A stretch of DNA of 64,000 nt, taken from assembly GCA_003344405.1 (NCBI GenBank), contig NOWV01000024.1:310001-374000 (forward strand). Direction: 5' to 3'. The notes under the pieces were generated by a model, which saw only the letters and a list, made by a program, of their open reading frames with translations, did no database searches and had not been told where the DNA came from. Shown piece after piece: positions 27,789 to 41,391 of the stretch. Numbering within the stretch: position 1 is the stretch's first letter; every line of letters begins with the position of its first letter. The position numbers were made by a program, and so were the translations under genes. The stretch is from Trichoplax sp. H2 (Eukaryota).

Positions 27789-28560
27789 CCCACTCTAGAC
27801 CAGAAAATAAAAGCAACTACTCAATTCATTTACTGTTGCTTAAGTTTGAAAGTTTGCTGGAAAGCAATGAAATTTTTATCCGCTTTGATGAATGATTGTA
27901 CGTGAAATGGATCGTTGCAAGTTTATCCAGGCTAGGTCAGAAACTAAAAAGTGACCACAGAACTGATGCTCTACTGTCCTGTTGAAGCTTGGAAATTTAC
28001 TGGAAAGGAAAAATGGGCAACACAGGTCGTTTTCTCAGAATTATGTTAATGTTGTCTTTAGTTTAGAGTTTGTTGATCCTGTGATAACGGCTAAATACTC
28101 TTCCCACTCTAGACCGAAAAAACAAAAATAACTACACCATCGAATTGGTGTTACTTAAGCTTGACAGTTTGCTGGAAAGCGACGACAATTTTTTCCCACT
28201 TTAATGGATGCTTTGCGTGAAATGAATCTCCAACCTTTGCAAATTTAATCCAGACTAGATCAGAAACGAAAAGGTGAACACAAAACTGTTTTTTTACTGT
28301 CCTATTGAACAAGCTTGGAAGCTAGCTGGAATGGCCACCACGGATTATTTCTCACAATGTTGACTTTGCTTCTGAGTTGTTGATCCAGCGATGGCAGCTT
28401 TGATCCACTTTATTTAACGGCTTGCATAAAATGGATCTCCAATCTATGCCAATTTATCCAGGCTTAAAAGCACGGATATACTGCCGTTTCAGTTTGGAAG
28501 ATGATGGAAAGGAAATGGGCAGGCAATGATTGTAATTCACAATATTAATTTTAATTGTCT
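27789..28560. repeat. ~314-bp degenerate tandem duplication (2 full copies + 1 partial)
   Basis: 'cccactctagacc' at 27789 and 28103, followed by colinear blocks (gtttgctggaaagc, atccag.ctag.tcagaaac, gttgatcc.g.gat). A third partial copy lies at ~28400-28560. Confidence 0.85.
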
Positions 28561-30009
28561 TTTCCCTCACTCTAATTTATAGTATTGAACCTCCTCCTCA
28601 ACATAATGTCTGGAAAATTCTTCCAGACTAACCCCCAAAATCAAAATGATTATAGCACTGAGTTCCTAGTCCAATTTTGCAAGATCGATGGAAAAGGGAT
28701 TGGTTGTAATAAAAATGGTTTTTATGGATAATGGATGATGCTATTCGGTACTGGATTAGATAGAGAATGGCTGCTGTTAGCGTCCTTTCATGCCACCTAC
28801 GTCGTATTGAGCAATTTAATATGGAAGTCAATTGAATAATCAATCACCTTCTACTTGAATGGCTATTCTACCTTTGAAATTAGTAAATGCTTGAAGGCAA
28901 AGCAAAATTTTGACCTCTGACTACTGTTGCAATAGATATTCTATCGTATTTAATAACGTGGCTGCAAATCATGGACGAGATCTGTTGCTAACTCTAGTAT
29001 CTCTTATTATGACCTATAATTGTAATTGAATAATTAGATAAATTAGCGCAATTTCAAAGCCTAATAATTCTATGCTACTGTTGATCAATTGCATGATCAT
29101 GGCCAATAATCCAAATATAGACGTTAGGATCGATATCTACGTTGTCAAGTTTTTAATCCTTTCTTCCTTACCCGTGTCACCAAAAAAACTCTAGGATAAT
29201 ATTATTTTTACCTTGTGACTTTGTTGGATGCCATGTTGAAATTGCTTTTGAAATCTTTTACTCTACCACTTTCTAGACTATCTACAATCCGATCAATTTA
29301 TCCAGTTATCCTTCCATTGGGGAAAAATTAATTCTAATTTGGATCAAATCACTCGAACAACGATTACAAGAATAATTCTGTTCATTTTGGTTGGCTTACG
29401 TCTGTGCTGGAAGGAAATTCTTGCCATTTAATATGGCTTCTCAATATCGTAGAATAGAATAGCGAAAGGAATGGAGATTGAGGATTGATTTTGACGGAAT
29501 CTTGATGAATTTCAACGGTAATTTCCCGTCCAAGAGAAGGAATTCAACCACTATTTTATCGTTCTAGATCACCTAATGGGTAAAAATAAATGGAAAAACA
29601 CATTGTTAACCTTGATATTAAACCATTTTGTATGGCTATCAAAGTTGGTTATTAAATAGAGATCAATTTGCCAGAGGTAACTCTTGTACTGTATACTACG
29701 TCATTGGATCTCAATGTCTCCTATTACGTTGATAATATAGAAGGATTGGCATGTTTTGAAATGCATTCACCTTTCTATCTACTTTCTCTACATAAAGTAA
29801 CAATAACAAGATTAAAGATTGTAAAGAACTTCTTTCACCTTATTCAAATGATATAATATCCAATGTTTTCCCATAATAGGTGTGACTATTCATCATGCAA
29901 GCCAATACAGTAACTAATTTAATGTTGATTAGGGCAGAACAACTATTGTTTATTAAGTTATTCTATTCTTTTGCCCAGTAAATTAGCTTGCATAATCAAC
30001 AATATGACT

Positions 30010-31090
30010 GCTCGGGCATATTGACGATCAAGATGATCCACCATTATTTATATAGGGCATCCATGGATAGAATGAATCGATACAGTGTGGAGAAGAGGGG
30101 AATATCAAATCATCATGCAAGGATAATTTATCCAATTTATAATTGTAGATTGGATTCAGTTGCTGTCATGATCATGTCTAATAGAAATAAAATTGATCCA
30201 CGGGTATGAGAATTGGATTAATCAGAGCAACGATCATTTATTGATTCTATTCCTTTACCGGGGAAATCAGCTTGTATTCTAATCTATGACATTACTACTA
30301 GGCCATATTGACGATAAAGAGGATCGATAATTATTTCTCGTATACGTTGTATATAACCAAGGATTACTAGAAAAGAGAATTGTACGAGTTCTTGATATAG
30401 GACATACTATAGATAGATATCATAAAAACGCCTAGATAGAGCATCGATCAAGAATAATAATATTCAATCATCATGATGATGGACGACTAGAAAAGAGAAT
30501 CGTAGGAGTGCTTGATATAGGGTATAGGGTATACATTCGTAGATATCATAAATACGCGTACGAGTCCTTGATATAGGGCATAGATAGATATTAAAATACG
30601 CGTAGGAGTCTTTAATATAGGGCATAGATAAATATCATAAATACCGTAGATGAGGCTTGGATTAAAAATAATATTATTTTAAATCATCAAGACGATTGAC
30701 GACTAGAAAAGAGAATCGTAGGAGTACTTGATATAGGGTATAAATTTGTAGATATCATAAATACGCGTAGGAGTTCTTGATATAGGGCATAGGTAGATAT
30801 CATAAACACACGTAAATGAGGCCTGGATCGAAAATAATATTATTTTAAATCATCATGGCGATTGACGACTAGAAAAGAGAATCGTAAGAGTGCTTGACAT
30901 AAGGTGGATCGATGCCATCAGTATGCGTAGATGGGTAGGAATTGAGAAAAATAATATTAAATCGTCATGCAAGGATGATCTATTTAATTGCAGCCGTGAT
31001 TTGGATTCAATTTCAGTTATAGATATGTCGAATAGAAATGAAATTGATCACGTATGAGAAATGGATTAATCAGTGCAAAGATTGTTTATT
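30010..31090. repeat. Nested repeat: ~290-bp duplication whose second copy contains an internal hierarchical array
   Basis: 'catattgacgat' at ~30017 and ~30304. The tail 'tcatgcaaggat...ttggattca...aatagaaat.aaattgatc...tatgagaa.tggattaatcag' occurs at ~30113-30230 and ~30965-31080. Between them 'gactagaaaagagaatcgtaggag' occurs x4 with ~40-bp subrepeats. Confidence 0.8.
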
Positions 31091-32810
31091 ACGTTATTTT
31101 ATCCTGATCATCAGCGCATGAAGAAAGTAAACAATAGTTAAACTCTTAATTTTCATTGCACGAGCAACTGAACGACATTTACGGCGTATCCAATTTCATT
31201 TTTATCCGTGATACAACTCTAGCATCAAAGGCATTGAAAAGGACGGTTAAAATTGAATTTATTGAACCAGAATAGAAAGACGTTTACGTCAATAAAAGGA
31301 ATCATCACGAACGTTCTATCCTCTCATTGATTAAAATTTGAAGAATAGTAGTAAAATTCTCATCGATCATTTGATCAATTGACACTATATCTGTTTAATA
31401 GATAGCGAGGATTGAAAATATTATAGCTGAAAATAAAGATATATATTTCATTAAAAATAAAAAAAATAAATGATCATCACGAACTATTTCTCATTTTAAT
31501 CACTACTTATTCATCAGCGGATGAAGAAAATGAATAGCAGTAACCCTATCGTCGATCATTCGATAAATTTAACTTTATTATTGTTAATCAATATATAATT
31601 CAAGATCATTTTTATTCGTGATAGAAATCTTCTATCTTATCGATATCTATCCATTTCTATGCTTATATATATGGAGCTATCATCGCTTAGTCTATTTATG
31701 TACCATGATGATTGTTCAAATAGATTAGAGACCAAAATGGAAAAATCGATTACACAAGAATGCTAATCCTAGCGTACTATTGGCTTACTCCTTTAACTAG
31801 CCATGTTGATTTTACATCCACGTAAGTATTGATACTTTACATGATTATTATCTAATGATCAAGATATTTTAATATCTGCTCAAAAATGATGACTTCATGA
31901 ATGACACAACTTGATGAATAATTTCGTAAAAGACTACTACTAAGAAACAAAAAAGGCTTATTCTATGTTATAGTCTAGACTTGATTGTTTATATTTTTTG
32001 GCTATGATATCGACGCAATCAGCAGGACTACTCATAAATTGGCCAGGAATCAAGCTAAGATGACAAGATGTCTATTCTTTACGTTATAAAAGCATATCTT
32101 GTGGCAATAAATTCCATTTCAATAGCATTCTTTGAGAATAGGATATCAACAAAGTGAACTAATGGTAAAGTAAAAGATTGTTTTAGAACAGCCTTTTATA
32201 ATATTACATCCTCATATGAGAAGCCAATACAATTGACTTGATGACGTATATTGTAAATTAGAATTAAAAGTCAAAATTCTTTCCAGATAAAAATGACTTA
32301 CGTTGTGATGGATGAAGGCACAAGCAATAACATGCTACCTTATGACCCATCAATATTGGTTCTAATTAGAAGCTACCTGTCGTTATGAACGTCATATTAT
32401 CAATAAATGATGGATATTTTAAACGGGTGGAATGACAGGATCTCTCAGTCAATGGCATTGTCGCTAATTTTAGTAGGAGTTTCATTACGAATACCAGTAA
32501 TGAATTATGTACATCTTAGTCATATTCGCCTTTTTTAAATGGGTCAGTTATTTGTTAAATGACGGGGAAGTAAGATAATGAACATTAGTTATATTGTATT
32601 GAATGATGATTTAAAAATAGAAAAATGTTATTGCTCAAGAGATGCAGAGAGTGAGTTCTTGATGAAATTATTGTTTAACATATCGATATATTAATAAGAT
32701 CAATTGATCGGATCGTGAATTAAAATAACAAGTCTGTCTACTACTTTAAGATTATAAAAGGCTACTGTTAATTAATCTTGCAATGTGTTCAATATACAGT
32801 TGCGCTTAGA

Positions 32811-33390
32811 GTTCAAGCCAAAATCTAGCAACAGATTCCTTTCATTTGTAAATTTAGAATGATAAGAGTTTTACTTTTAGGGCAATACAAATGAAAAGAC
32901 GTTTAATTACGTACTCGTATGTAAAACTCATGGCGGAATATAAGAAAAACATCTTTCATCAATAAATCATGGATGATAAAGTTTTACTTTCACGACAGAT
33001 AGAAATTATGAGATATTTAATTCATATGTGTAAAGTGAAGTTCACACCAAAGTATGAGGGCTAACTTCTTACATTAGTAAATCGAAGACGATAAAGCTTT
33101 ACTCTTAGGATGGATAGAAATGATGAGATATTTAATCACATACGAGCATGTAAAATTCACACCAAATCTAGAGGTCAACTCTTTGCATTAGTGAATCAAA
33201 GATGATAAATTTCTACTTTTATTGCCGATAGAAAGGATGAGATCTTTAATTATATATACGTATATAAGTTTATTCCAGATTATAGGGGTACCAGTTTTTA
33301 TCAGTATATCAAGGATGATAACATTTATTTTTAGAGCAGATATCAATGATGAAAGGTTTGATTATGCATGTAAATACAAAATTCGTGAAT
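32811..33390. repeat. Degenerate ~115-bp tandem repeat, 5 copies
   Basis: 'gatgataaa..ttactt......gatagaaa.gatgagat.tttaat' recurs at ~32859, 32972, 33087, 33201 and 33315. Confidence 0.8.
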
Positions 33391-35427
33391 GAAATTTATT
33401 TAGGGAACTAAAGCTTTAATTTTAGCTTTGCTCCGATATAAGATTGGTACAAGTAAATTATATAAAGATGAATACTAATTATCACATTCCCATAGAATGT
33501 CAAGAAATCAACGATTCGATATTTCACAAATTTCGTCAACAATGATATTAGTATATCTTCGGTATTTTCATACTTTTTTAATGGTAGACTTATACAGTAG
33601 TATGGACTTGCCATCAATTAATATAAAAATGGATTTATAATGATACAAAAAAATTATACTGTAATGAAATTGATAAGCAAGAAATTTCAAGGAGTATGAT
33701 AACATTCACAACTGAATTATCTGCCTATCATTGATGAAGTCTGAGAGACGGTGCATTTAGTAAAGATAGGTTTTATTTACAACTGGCATGAACAGTGTGC
33801 TGTGTCTGTACTGGACGTAGTAGGTAATAGCAAATTTCCTACTGCGTATAGTAGTGCGCTTACGCAAGCATTTATAGACATAATTCCGGAATTATAGTTT
33901 AGACTTTGTTCAGCGAACCCATATATTTATTCGTACTTATTTGACAATTCATTAACGATCTACTGTATTTCAGCATTTATTAGCCGGCTTGATCGGTAGA
34001 TATTTTCCAACCTAGAGACTTGCAGGATCTCCATTGAGAACCGGTAGATATCTTCCAATTTACCCGCTACTCATGTATTAATAACAAGCGTGTGGAGGAT
34101 TCTTTGTGAGTTCTGGTCATTTCTAAATAGCGGGATATACTGCGATGACATAATTTGGATTTACAGTTTCTAATTTAGTACAATAGCCTTTGTAATAATC
34201 ACTCAGTACGAAATAATATTTTATCAACAACGCAAGGCAAAGTTAATAGTGTTGAATATTGATCTTAGCCTTGCTGCTGCGCGCTCGATCCGTATGATTT
34301 GTGACAACATCGGAAAGATTTTACGTACCAAGAAGAATTTACAGTTACAAATGCGTTATTTCATATTTAAATTTAAACACATTAACCTACAAAAATCACC
34401 TCCTCCGGAAAAATAGGTGTAAAGAATTTTGTAGTTGCAAATGCGAATTAGATAATATTGTCATTCAATTACTACTGGAAAAAATTCCTACATCTTCAGT
34501 ATTAATGTTATTGCGTCGACACTACTAATACAAAAGAATTATTAAAAGAAAGTTTTCTGAGATTACCGATACGATAGCCACTTCGTACAAACTTTTTTAA
34601 CATGCTAGTAAATACGCGTATACATGATAATTTTTTAGTTATACACTCATTAAGTAACGACTCGTCCGTCACATATGAGAACTAAAATCTAGCCAAATAT
34701 TTATTATGAACTTAATTCAAGTATCCCATATAAGTTATGATATTGGAATAAATAGAATATATTTGGTTCCAAGCGGAGTTGGTATACAAATTTACTACAT
34801 AGAATAAAAGCCTTGTGTCCGCCCTAAATCAGCAAATACCGAGTCTACTTCGATTTACAATAACGTTTCGGCAACAGAAATAAAATTAATGTTAAATGAT
34901 ACAAATATTTTAATACAATTTCAATTGTCGACTGCTCTACGCACAAGACATTTAGGTTGCTGTGCTAAAATTTTATACAAGAAAACCGGATAAAAATTGA
35001 GTGTTGATTTATTGATTGTGTTACATTTTGACAATCATTCGGAGCTCCAGGTCTGGATTTATGATAATGTTGTCTCTTTTTCGCCAAATCGTACAACAGC
35101 AACATTTAACGTAAATTAGATTACAATGATACAGGATAAATTAAAATTTCATAAAGCCGATCCCCACTGACATGGCAAATTTAATATCGAATTATGAAAT
35201 AGCATCATCATAATACATTCAAGATTACACTCTCGATAAACCTCACGCTTCATTTCGTATCTTATTCGAAAACCTGCCTTGCTAATAAGTTTGTCGATCA
35301 AAAATGATTAGGAAGAATTATAAATCATGACCACAGTCTTTAATAGAAAGTCAATATTCATATCTACTAAGTTAAAGCATGAGTTATCGTCCAAAACTAA
35401 TTTTATCCTACAGTATTAAATTCTTAC

Positions 35428-38400
35428 CTATTTTTTTATAAATTTTTGACTAGTTTTACCAGTCTTTTTCTTACGTCGGCAGGCATTGCAAAACCATGCG
35501 TCTTCCTCTTTTGGCGCAATTTCTAAACCAACACATTTACTATACGATAGAAATTCATGGAGAATTGATCATTTCGAAAGCAGCATAAAAATATACAGCA
35601 GTAATGAATTTTTACTAACAAATGAAACCACTTCTCGCATTCATCGCAAAATACCATTGATGATCCATCATCCAAAAGATGACAAACTGGACAGGGATCG
35701 TAAGAATTCGAAGTTTCGGTAGCCTTACCAAATTAAAATATAAAATATTAACATAATAACCCAGCATAATAGGTAATTCAATATGACGAATTTGTCAAGC
35801 TATCCCTTAAGCATTAATTTGCAACATAGCTTATTACATACATTGTTCGCAGTAGAGATTGTTTCATCGACAATTGCCTTTACATAAACAGGAGGCAGAG
35901 ATGGTTTCGATTTTACACTGTCAAGTGGTTTGCCTTGACTACTTTTGTTTGATTTACTTTTCGTTGCCTTTTTGCTCCGATTACTTCTGTATAAAGTTAG
36001 CGTAAAAAGATTTGTCACAAGTAATGCAGTGTTTACTTATTTACGTGTATTGACGTACTTTTCTTCAATTTTCGATTTTTTTTCTGCTTGTTTATGGATC
36101 TTTGCAGAACTAGGCTTGATATCTTCAAATTCAGATTTTCGTTTTTTTGATGGCGTTTTAACAGCTGAATTGTCGGCGATACCTGCTGGAATCTATACAA
36201 GAAATTTCATGCCAATTCGTAAGAACTCAAGCTATTAACTTATCTGAATTTTACACTGGCTATTGACTTGCCTTAAGGCTTAATTTAGGCCACTTAGGAG
36301 ATTCTATTGACTCTGTACCAATATCACTGATTTTTCTTTTCTTTTTCGGTGTTTCAGGTTGACTTTTCGACTTGGGTACATCTACAGTAAACTGCGATGA
36401 CGATATATTGTCAATGTTAGATTTTACCAATTAAGAGCATTTGAAATAAAAAAGCTTAACCTTAGAATAAGCATTTTTAATGGGTTTGTCTTTCAATGTC
36501 AGCTTAGTAGACATATCAGCGCTAGTTTTTAGTGCAGGTTTATCTTTCTTTTTTCCAGCAATTTTAGATTTCTCTGATTTACTTTTATCTAACTTGGTTT
36601 TCGATTTCAAGCTGATATTCCCTTTAGAATCCTTCCTTTTAATATCCTGACTTTTTAAAGCCTTCTTTTTGTTATCATCTGTTGTATAGATTTTACTTTT
36701 ACCCTCAGATTTATGCTTTCTTTCACTTGTATCTTGGTCATTCCCTTTACGTTTACGTTTGCTTTCAGCTTTAATTTTACTACCACCTTTGAATTTGTCT
36801 TTACCCTTGATTTTGCCATCACTTTTGACTTTGGTTTCACCTTTACCTTGAACATTGCCTTTATGTTTGCCTGTAACCTTTTTTATCTTATCCTTCGGTT
36901 TAGCTTTCATTTTACCCTTTATCTGATCTGTAACGCCGCTCAATTCGTCGATATATTTCTTAACCAATTTTTTTTCATTAGCCTTCCCCTCATTGCTTCG
37001 CTTTGTTTTCAATTTTTCTCCATCTGGACGTTTAACCTTGCTGACTTTACTGTTACTTACGTTAGCAACATTGCTATCGGATTTAGCCTTGTTAGTTTCA
37101 GATTTATTCTTATTTGGGGATAATTTGGCAGCTTTCTCGATAATCTCAACACCGGAAAATGATTTTTTTTTCTTTTTCTTTTCATCCACTGAAGCTGTAA
37201 TCTTAAGAACAATATTTTTCATGGTCTGAAATTAAGAAAAAAATTGCGGTAATGTCTTCAACTTACTGAGCATTGCTTATCAAACAATCAATCAATCAAT
37301 TAATTAGTAGAAAGGTAATTACCATGACTTTCTTTGGGTCAACGAGAGATGATTCAGCTGCCGTAGGAGAATCCTTGGTTGTTTTCATTTCTGACTTACT
37401 ATTAGAAGGCTTCAGTTTTGATGCAGATTTCACTTTAGTTTTATTGATCGATGCGGCGTTGCTCTTCAAGATGACATCAGGTTGTATTGGCTTATTCGGT
37501 TCAGAATTGGTCCTTACAGGCTTTACCATCGGCATAGACAATGTTGTTGGTTTCATTTCAGCTTCCTTGCTACTAGCGAGAGAAATGGCTCTGTTGTTAG
37601 ACATGTGCCATTCTTTTCGATCACTGGTATAAAGGGTGTCTGGTCGATAACGTTGCCTTAAATCTTCAATTTTATTTCGTTTATTAATTACAATAACTTC
37701 AGGTTCATTTTCAATACTATCATGGCTTTCCAGATGTTCGGCCTTTGCTTGATCATTCACATCTCTTTTTACACTATCTGTAGCATCGTTATTTATTAAC
37801 TTGGTATCTGTCTTTGTAATATTTTCATCTATTTCCATCATTTCTACTTGTTTGGTACCTACTATTTACGAATATAATGGATGTTATGTCATCAACAGGT
37901 CAAAAATTGACAATTAATGTATAGTAAGGAACATTTTTAAGCAGTTTAGATAAGAAAAAGTTCACGGTGTTATTCATCAAAGTAGCATTATATATCCGTG
38001 TGCCGTAGTATGACTAATGACTGAAAATTAATTCCAATTGTGTAACTGATGAGTTGAAGACTGTGTAGATTTGCAAAATATGTTGTAGGAGGCAACTACA
38101 TCAACATGACTTACTTTCGTTAAGGTCATGATTGGGTGGGTGAAGATCAATGTGATCGCTGGCATTGGATTTTTGCTCGTCATCGTCCTCTTCAAGGTAG
38201 ATGATTTTATCAGGTACAGGCACTGGAAATGAATAATATTCTTGGCCTAAAGGAACCACATCGACTTGACCAATGTATTCAAGGACTTCTTTCAAATCGA
38301 TACCAACATCGTCAAAAGCCATCTGTAAATCATCCAAATTGGATTCTGTACGGCCGTCTAAATAAGATAGGGAAGCGATTTAATGCATCAATTGTCAACC

Positions 38401-39313
38401 TTGCTTGTTGTCATACGCGTAAAGTAGACTGTTTTTAATCTAGAAATATTTTTGTTATCTATCCAGCGTTGATGATTGGAAAGTGGAGAAACGAATCTTC
38501 ATTTGCAGTCACTCTCTCTACCGCAAATCATTTTATACTTGATATTGTGACGCGTATTGTACTATCACATTGTCATGATAAAGAGTTTGTATGTACTTTT
38601 GGAGAAATCGATTCCCTTTTGGGTCCTATGGACAAGGTTATCTAGTTTTGACTATGGCTTACTATTGAGTTGTACTTTATTGATCATTCTACGGTGTTTC
38701 CTTCTTGTCCAAATACAGAATGATCAGCATTGGAAATGAATTGTATAGGATGTGATGTTATTCACAGTCAATCTATCATTTGGATTGAAAGTGTAAACCA
38801 TCTAAACGATGTTAATCGATCGTGTCATGATTGTGTATTGGTGTCCAACAACACGATACGATCGTACGAGTACAACGAGTACAGTATCCTTCCTCTATTC
38901 AAACTAATTAACACAACTTTCTGCCACTATTGCAAGATGTCATTTTCATTTTACAAGCAGTCTTTTCCGAGAGAATGAGGTCTGTTATCAGACACGAGAT
39001 GCAGATAGCGTAAGATTGACAAATGTACAGTATAATAAGGAAACTTAGTTGTCAACAGATCATGCAAGAGAATCAATCACTCCACTCTAGCTAATCAATG
39101 CTATGTCCATGAACATGCAATAGGAATGTATCAGTAGTAGTTACCATGAGCACAGTATAATTGTGTTCTTTTGCCGATATTGTGGATATGACGATTGATT
39201 AGATCGACCAAGACTTGCAAGGCTGAATCGGAGATGGACGTCCATCCGATAGCTAAGCAAATTTGAGCCACTACAGTCTGTAAAATACGATTACTATACT
39301 CTTCGCAATTCAT
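35428..39313 (-). CDS. TAF3: TFIID subunit TAF3 (histone fold, Lys-rich linker, C-terminal PHD finger), ~775 aa, 9 exons
   Basis: join(39313-39145,38357-38115,37858-37323,37225-36461,36391-36272,36192-36059,35986-35842,35723-35620,35539-35428). N-terminus EEYSNRILQTVVAQICLAIGW...GRTESNLDDLQMAF. PHD: CPVCHLLDDGSSMVFCDECEKWFHFKCVGLEIAPKEEDAWFCNAC. One GC-AG intron is required. Confidence 0.92.
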
Positions 39314-39593
39314 CTTTCTCCTTCAAGCAAGAACAACATTTCCCATCAGTTTCATTGCCATTAGAACATTCAATTTTCACCGTTGCAACTTGTCATGACT
39401 ATCCAATCCGCCATCAATCCTTTCTGGATTGAGTTCGCCAGGACTATGGCAGTACTCGCTTGGTGCACTCTACCCAATTGTAGGCTTGAGTATGGAATGC
39501 GTTGACTGACTGTGTCACTGCTTGCAAAGTGCAGATAATTGGGCAAGCTTTTTCTATTGGCTCTTGACGAGTAGAGTACAGTACAAAGTTTCA

Positions 39594-39659
39594 ACATGTA
39601 CTGTACGGTATTGTACGGTATTGTACGGTACTGTACTGTACTGTACTGTACGGTACAGT
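39594..39659. promoter_or_regulatory. (GTACT/GTACG)n pentamer tract upstream of TAF3, candidate promoter element
   Basis: 'catgtactgtacggtattgtacggtattgtacggtactgtactgtactgtactgtacggtacagt' lies ~280 bp 5' of the TAF3 ATG. Similar words occur at 39960-40005 and 46595-46690. The regulatory role is inference. Confidence 0.4.
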
Positions 39660-39749
39660 TTAAATGCTTATCGTATAAACAGTATTGTTTCCATACGGTA
39701 ACAGTAAGTCTAAGAGCAACTGCGACAGCGGCTGCGCGACTTTAAAGGG

Positions 39750-39975
39750 TTAAACGAGTTGAATCAGATAGGATCTCCGACCCAGAAATTGGAATAGCAA
39801 GGATCGAAATAGATGAGGTCCAAAAAAACAACAAACCTCGATATGGTATGGTACAGTTTTAAACGAGTTGAATCAGATAGATCTTCGCCAAATGATCCAG
39901 AAGTCAGAGGAGGAAGGATCGAAATTGATGAGGTCCAAAAAAAGAACAAACCATCATTTGTGGTGTAGTATTGTA
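39750..39975. repeat. Two-copy 109-bp direct duplication
   Basis: 'aaacgagttgaatcagatag...aaggatcgaaat.gatgaggtccaaaaaaa.aacaaacc' at 39752 and 39861. Confidence 0.85.
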
Positions 39976-41391
39976 CATACTGGACAGTACAGTACAGTAC
40001 TGTAAGCTCTTTTCTCTTCTACTGTGCTTTAGTATCAGGTAGTGCGTCAACAGCAATAAACAAAACCATCAGTATGAACCGCAATAGGCTTGGAGAGAGA
40101 TTGTCAGATCGATCAAGCAGAGAAATACGAAAAGTTAGAATTGCAAGCATTCACAATCGATCAATGCAGAGAAGAACAAGAGTACTATCAATCAGACCAT
40201 GAGCAATACTGTAGGCTAAACAACCAGAAGTACGAAAGAAAAAGAGAGAGTCGACTGCACTGCGTTAGCTCAGCGTATCCGTGGGCTGCCCCTCTCACTA
40301 TATCTGCGCTGAATGACCCAAGTTTGAAATCACCAGCAAAAATAATGCCTACCCACCAGTGCCAGCCAGTAGCTACATGATTCATTCAGTAGTTCTTTCT
40401 AGCATTTTGGTCATCACTCGTATATAAGAGTGCCCACAGGCAATCATACACGAGTGGCCTTAGCGAAAGAAAATATTGTAGGAGTATATACTGTACATAT
40501 CCACGCATCAACAATGCTGTGCGAATTGCCGTACGGTATATAGTCACGCATATATACAGTACAGCACTGAAATGCGATCAGCTTCGCAGTAGAGGTCGAG
40601 AACTGGGCATCTTTTAAAATATTACATTTATATTCATCGAGGGTAACGATATTACGAGGCTTATTGTCATTTTGATCTAACGATGGTGCAAATTCGGTGG
40701 GACGATTGATTCGCTTTTTCAGTTTTCTATACTACTATGATGGATATTCGCATACTGTACTGGGCCAATTGAGGCTAATGATGGCCGGCTCAAAAGCGGC
40801 ATAGGTAGAAATGACAACAATGTTGCCTATAACAAGACTGAGTAGAAGCGATCAAAGTTAGAGGAATACTACTGTGATAAAGTGACATATTCCATGGAGG
40901 TCGATGAACGTCTAATAATTATAATAGAATCGGAAATAATTCGAAAGTCTTACGCTCACGTCATCAGCAATTGAAATACAAATACAGCAATGGGTTTAAG
41001 AGTCCATTAGCTTTAATAATGACGTCGTTAGAATACATGTGCGTACAGTAGACCACCATATTTCACATTAGGTATACAAGAATGGCGTTATAGACTCTCG
41101 AATATGGTATTTAGATGCGGTCGATTTTATATTTCGCACTAATATAGAATAGAAAGCGGCTAAAGCCTATACATACAGGCTACACAATACCAGGAGATAT
41201 TGTAAACACCTATTACAAATCATTGAGACGATTCCTGATAAACTAACTTATTATTACAGGCAGCGGTGTGCTTCCATGAATATGTGCAGACATAACATTG
41301 GTTATCATAGACGACTTGCTAAGTTAACCAATTATAACTTTGGTGGATAAATTATCACCGGATCGCAGTTTTATTGAATACAGCAATAACT

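Noticed and set aside
29465..29570. Peptide EWRLRIDFDG resembling a fibrinogen-domain motif
   Set aside because: Isolated; no adjoining exons with further fibrinogen motifs were found.
35945..37632. Several + strand hydrophobic ORFs (35945, 36713, 36993, 37273)
   Set aside because: They are antisense shadows of the Lys-rich TAF3 exons.
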